DNA of 55,646 bases, the filler included, from Sanchytrium tribonematis (Eukaryota), in NCBI GenBank assembly GCA_018985235.1. It is 4 parts of 4 records of this genome, joined end to end, with 100 filler letters (N's around TTAATTAATTAA, not from the genome) between each part and the next. Parts side by side here need not be neighbours in the genome. Positions count along the whole stretch, not along the records: positions 41,895 to 55,646 come from JADGIG010000182.1; 3 more parts are not named here. One strand, 5' to 3'. Below the pieces are notes generated by a model. The model made no database searches. It was not told the DNA's origin and saw only the letters and a program-made list of their open reading frames with translations. The position numbers and the translations under genes were made by a program. How positions within the stretch are numbered: the first letter of the stretch is position 1; each line of letters starts with the position of its first letter. Positions 53,305 to 55,646 of the stretch are shown in pieces.

Positions 53305-53645
53305 ATGACTCATACTTGCTACTGGAAAGCATGCGGTCAAGAATTCATAGATACCAAATCATTACACTCACATCTGATAGACATTCACGTAGTAGGCAAC
53401 TTAAATTGCAGTTGGGAAAATTGCAGCTACAAAGGACGGCGGACTCCACAGCTCATTTCCCACTTGATAACACATATAGAGTATTATCCGTTTATATGCC
53501 AGCACTGTAGTAAGAAATTTAAGCGGAAATACGACAAATGTAGTCAAATATTAACGTAGCAAAGCATATTCGATCGATCCATACTTCGGATCAAAGCAAC
53601 AAAAACGGTAAATCAAAGACTGAAATAGAGTTTTTATTGAACTAA
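53305..53645 (+). CDS. Paralogous three-finger C2H2 protein (exons 53305-53539, 53560-53645)
   Basis: CYWKAC, CSWENC; spliced KRKYDKSKHIRSIH...IEFLLN matches paralogue IDFLLN. Confidence 0.85.
53540..53559 (+). other. 20-nt intron GTAGTCAAATATTAACGTAG
   Basis: Restores the two His ligands of finger 3. Confidence 0.85.
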
Positions 53646-54146
53646 TAAATCTTATGAATTAATGGAAAGAGTGCAGATGCGTCGACATCCATGCAAGCTG
53701 CAATTTTCATTCTCAATGAGGTCTTTTGGGTGCATCAACACCATTTGAGGTAAATTAGTCAAAATGGTGTACCATTTGTGGTTATGGTGACACTTGAATG
53801 ACTAATAGATCAGCGGCGGGATTGTGTGGAATTAGATTCGATAGTAGATTGCAAGCAAATTCACACACGGAGAAATCAGCGTGATCGCAACCAAAATGGA
53901 ATATTTTTTTGCTGAACTACAACTGTGAAAGAATTGATTAAATCAAGTGAATTTCATTTCTTATTTTAACATTTTCCTTCAATTATCATTACAAACATAA
54001 AATTCTGATAATATGCCTTTTCCACGTATTTTATTCTATCAGCTACAAACTATCAAATGGCAATTCTGAAAATCAAAGAATGTCGTCGTAGTCGATTCAA
54101 TTATTTCTCAAATCAACTAAAAATGGGTATTTTATTTTTTGAAACA

Positions 54147-55319
54147 ATGTTCAAAAGATGTCTTTCTCTTCAACATCAAAACAAAGACATGTTCCAATTC
54201 ACTCATGATTTCTGTAAAAAGTACCTTACTCCCCAACTAGTCACTCAAATGGACCAAAACAACAAAGCAGATCCCACTTTAATCAAACATTTATTCCAAA
54301 ATGGATTCATGTCTCTTGAAATTCCATCAGATTATCAAGGTCAGTCATTATCATTCACATCTGCAATTACTGCTATAGATGTATTTGCACAATATTGTCC
54401 CTCCATTGCTGTCATGGTAGATGTCCAAAACACGCTCGTCATTCCCATTTTCAACAAATTTGGATCTGACAAAGTTAAGAATGAATTTCTACCATTATTA
54501 GCTACTAAATCACTAGGTGCATTTGGTTTAAGTGAGCCATCCAGTGGCAGTGATGCATTTTCATTAAAATCAACAGCCAAAAAACACAAAGATTATTACA
54601 TTCTAAATGGCACCAAATGCTGGATTACCAATGGATCCGAAGCAGATATATTCCTAGTATTCGCTAACCAAGACCCATCCAAAGGCTATAAAGGCATTTC
54701 TTGTTTTGCAGTTCATAAAAATCAAGGCATCCAAGTTTTGAAAAAAGAAGATAAATTAGGAATTAGAGCATCTAGCACTGCTGTACTCGCATTTGATGAT
54801 ATTAAAATTCCATCTCATCAATTAATTGGTAAAGAAGGAGATGGTTACAAATATGCCATCCAAACATTAAATGCAGGCAGAATTGGCATTGCGGCTCAAA
54901 TGATTGGCATTGGCTATGGTGCTTTACAACATTCCATGCAATATACACTTGATAGATCCCAATTTAACACCAAAATCAGTGATTTCCAAGGCATGCAATT
55001 CCAAATGGCTGATTTATTCTCAGAGTATCTACAAATTGCACAATTAACCTATTTAGGCGCACATTGTTATGAGCAAGGTGAAGATATTCAATTAATGGGT
55101 GCTGTGTGTAAATTAAAGAGTTGTCAAATGGCTGAGAAATTGGCATCTCAAGGGATTGAAATGATGGGTGGTGTTGGATTCACAAAAGATTATCCATTAG
55201 AGAAGTTTTATAGAGATGCAAAGATTGGTGCTATTTATGAGGGAACCAGTCATATTCAACGACAAACGATTGCAAAAATGCTATTGGGAAATTTGAAAAA
55301 GAATGGGACATTATTTTAA
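54147..55319 (+). CDS. Short/branched-chain acyl-CoA dehydrogenase (ACADSB-like)
   Basis: LSEPSSGSDAF, KCWITN, KLGIRASST, RDAKIGAIYEGTS. Confidence 0.92.
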   Translation: MFKRCLSLQHQNKDMFQFTHDFCKKYLTPQLVTQMDQNNKADPTLIKHLFQNGFMSLEIPSDYQGQSLSFTSAITAIDVFAQYCPSIAVMVDVQNTLVIPIFNKFGSDKVKNEFLPLLATKSLGAFGLSEPSSGSDAFSLKSTAKKHKDYYILNGTKCWITNGSEADIFLVFANQDPSKGYKGISCFAVHKNQGIQVLKKEDKLGIRASSTAVLAFDDIKIPSHQLIGKEGDGYKYAIQTLNAGRIGIAAQMIGIGYGALQHSMQYTLDRSQFNTKISDFQGMQFQMADLFSEYLQIAQLTYLGAHCYEQGEDIQLMGAVCKLKSCQMAEKLASQGIEMMGGVGFTKDYPLEKFYRDAKIGAIYEGTSHIQRQTIAKMLLGNLKKNGTLF

Positions 55320-55330
55320 TAAATTTGGAT

Positions 55331-55646
55331 TTATTGATTTGGATAGGATTTGGCAAAACATGTATTACCACTACATTGATTGTAGCTATCAGATTTACCA
55401 AATAATGGTCTACAATAAAACTTTGCTTTTATTTCGCCTAATTTGTCACATTCTGATTCTGATTCCTTGGATTTGCAAATTTGTAAATTTGATTTGAACT
55501 AGGATTTATGATTTTCAATGCAAACATAGTATGCTAAACCTTCCAATACATGGCAATTTCCTTTGCAATCATCTGGCAATTTTGGTGTGGTTTTGTTGCA
55601 GTAGTCTTTCGCATCAGTTTCACAATTTGCGTCTTTTGTCTGTTCA
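55331..55646 (-). pseudogene. 3' part of Cys-rich protein gene with in-frame TAG at 55499-55501
   Basis: Cys-rich frame continues 55 codons beyond TAG. Confidence 0.45.

Noticed and set aside
222..55497. Many 60-160-aa antisense or nested ORFs in the track
   Set aside because: Shadow frames of well-supported genes
1..55646. CRISPR arrays, tRNAs, prokaryotic operons or defence systems
   Set aside because: No repeat-spacer arrays or cloverleafs seen; content is eukaryotic

Overview
Eukaryotic, AT-rich, extremely compact genomic DNA. It is four separate contigs (1-13923, 14024-27940, 28041-41794, 41895-55646; lengths 13923/13917/13754/13752, i.e. size-sorted) joined by artificial 100-nt N/TTAATTAATTAA spacers, so adjacency across spacers means nothing. 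Gene content (PHO85-like CDK, MCM8, BRCA1-like, BRCA2-like, TTBK-like kinase, ATP synthase g) fits an early-diverging fungal or fungus-related lineage; this is inference and the exact taxon cannot be resolved. The standard genetic code is used. The strongest signal is 12 predicted spliceosomal GT-AG introns of only 19-20 nt. They repair every 'split' conserved ORF, and all 12 share T at -8, A at -6 and a pyrimidine at -5, i.e. a fixed-position branch point. Contig 1 starts with an intact single-ORF Ty3/Gypsy element that carries a PHD finger between RNase H and integrase and whose ORF runs from inside one LTR to inside the other. Contigs 1-2 are otherwise housekeeping genes packed 8-35 bp apart with a TTCTCC/CCCC motif just before start codons, plus a dispersed 5S rRNA gene. 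Contigs 3-4 mix housekeeping genes with lineage-specific putative secreted proteins bearing 8-11-aa hydrophobic leaders, LINE-like relics, gene fragments and small transcription factors.
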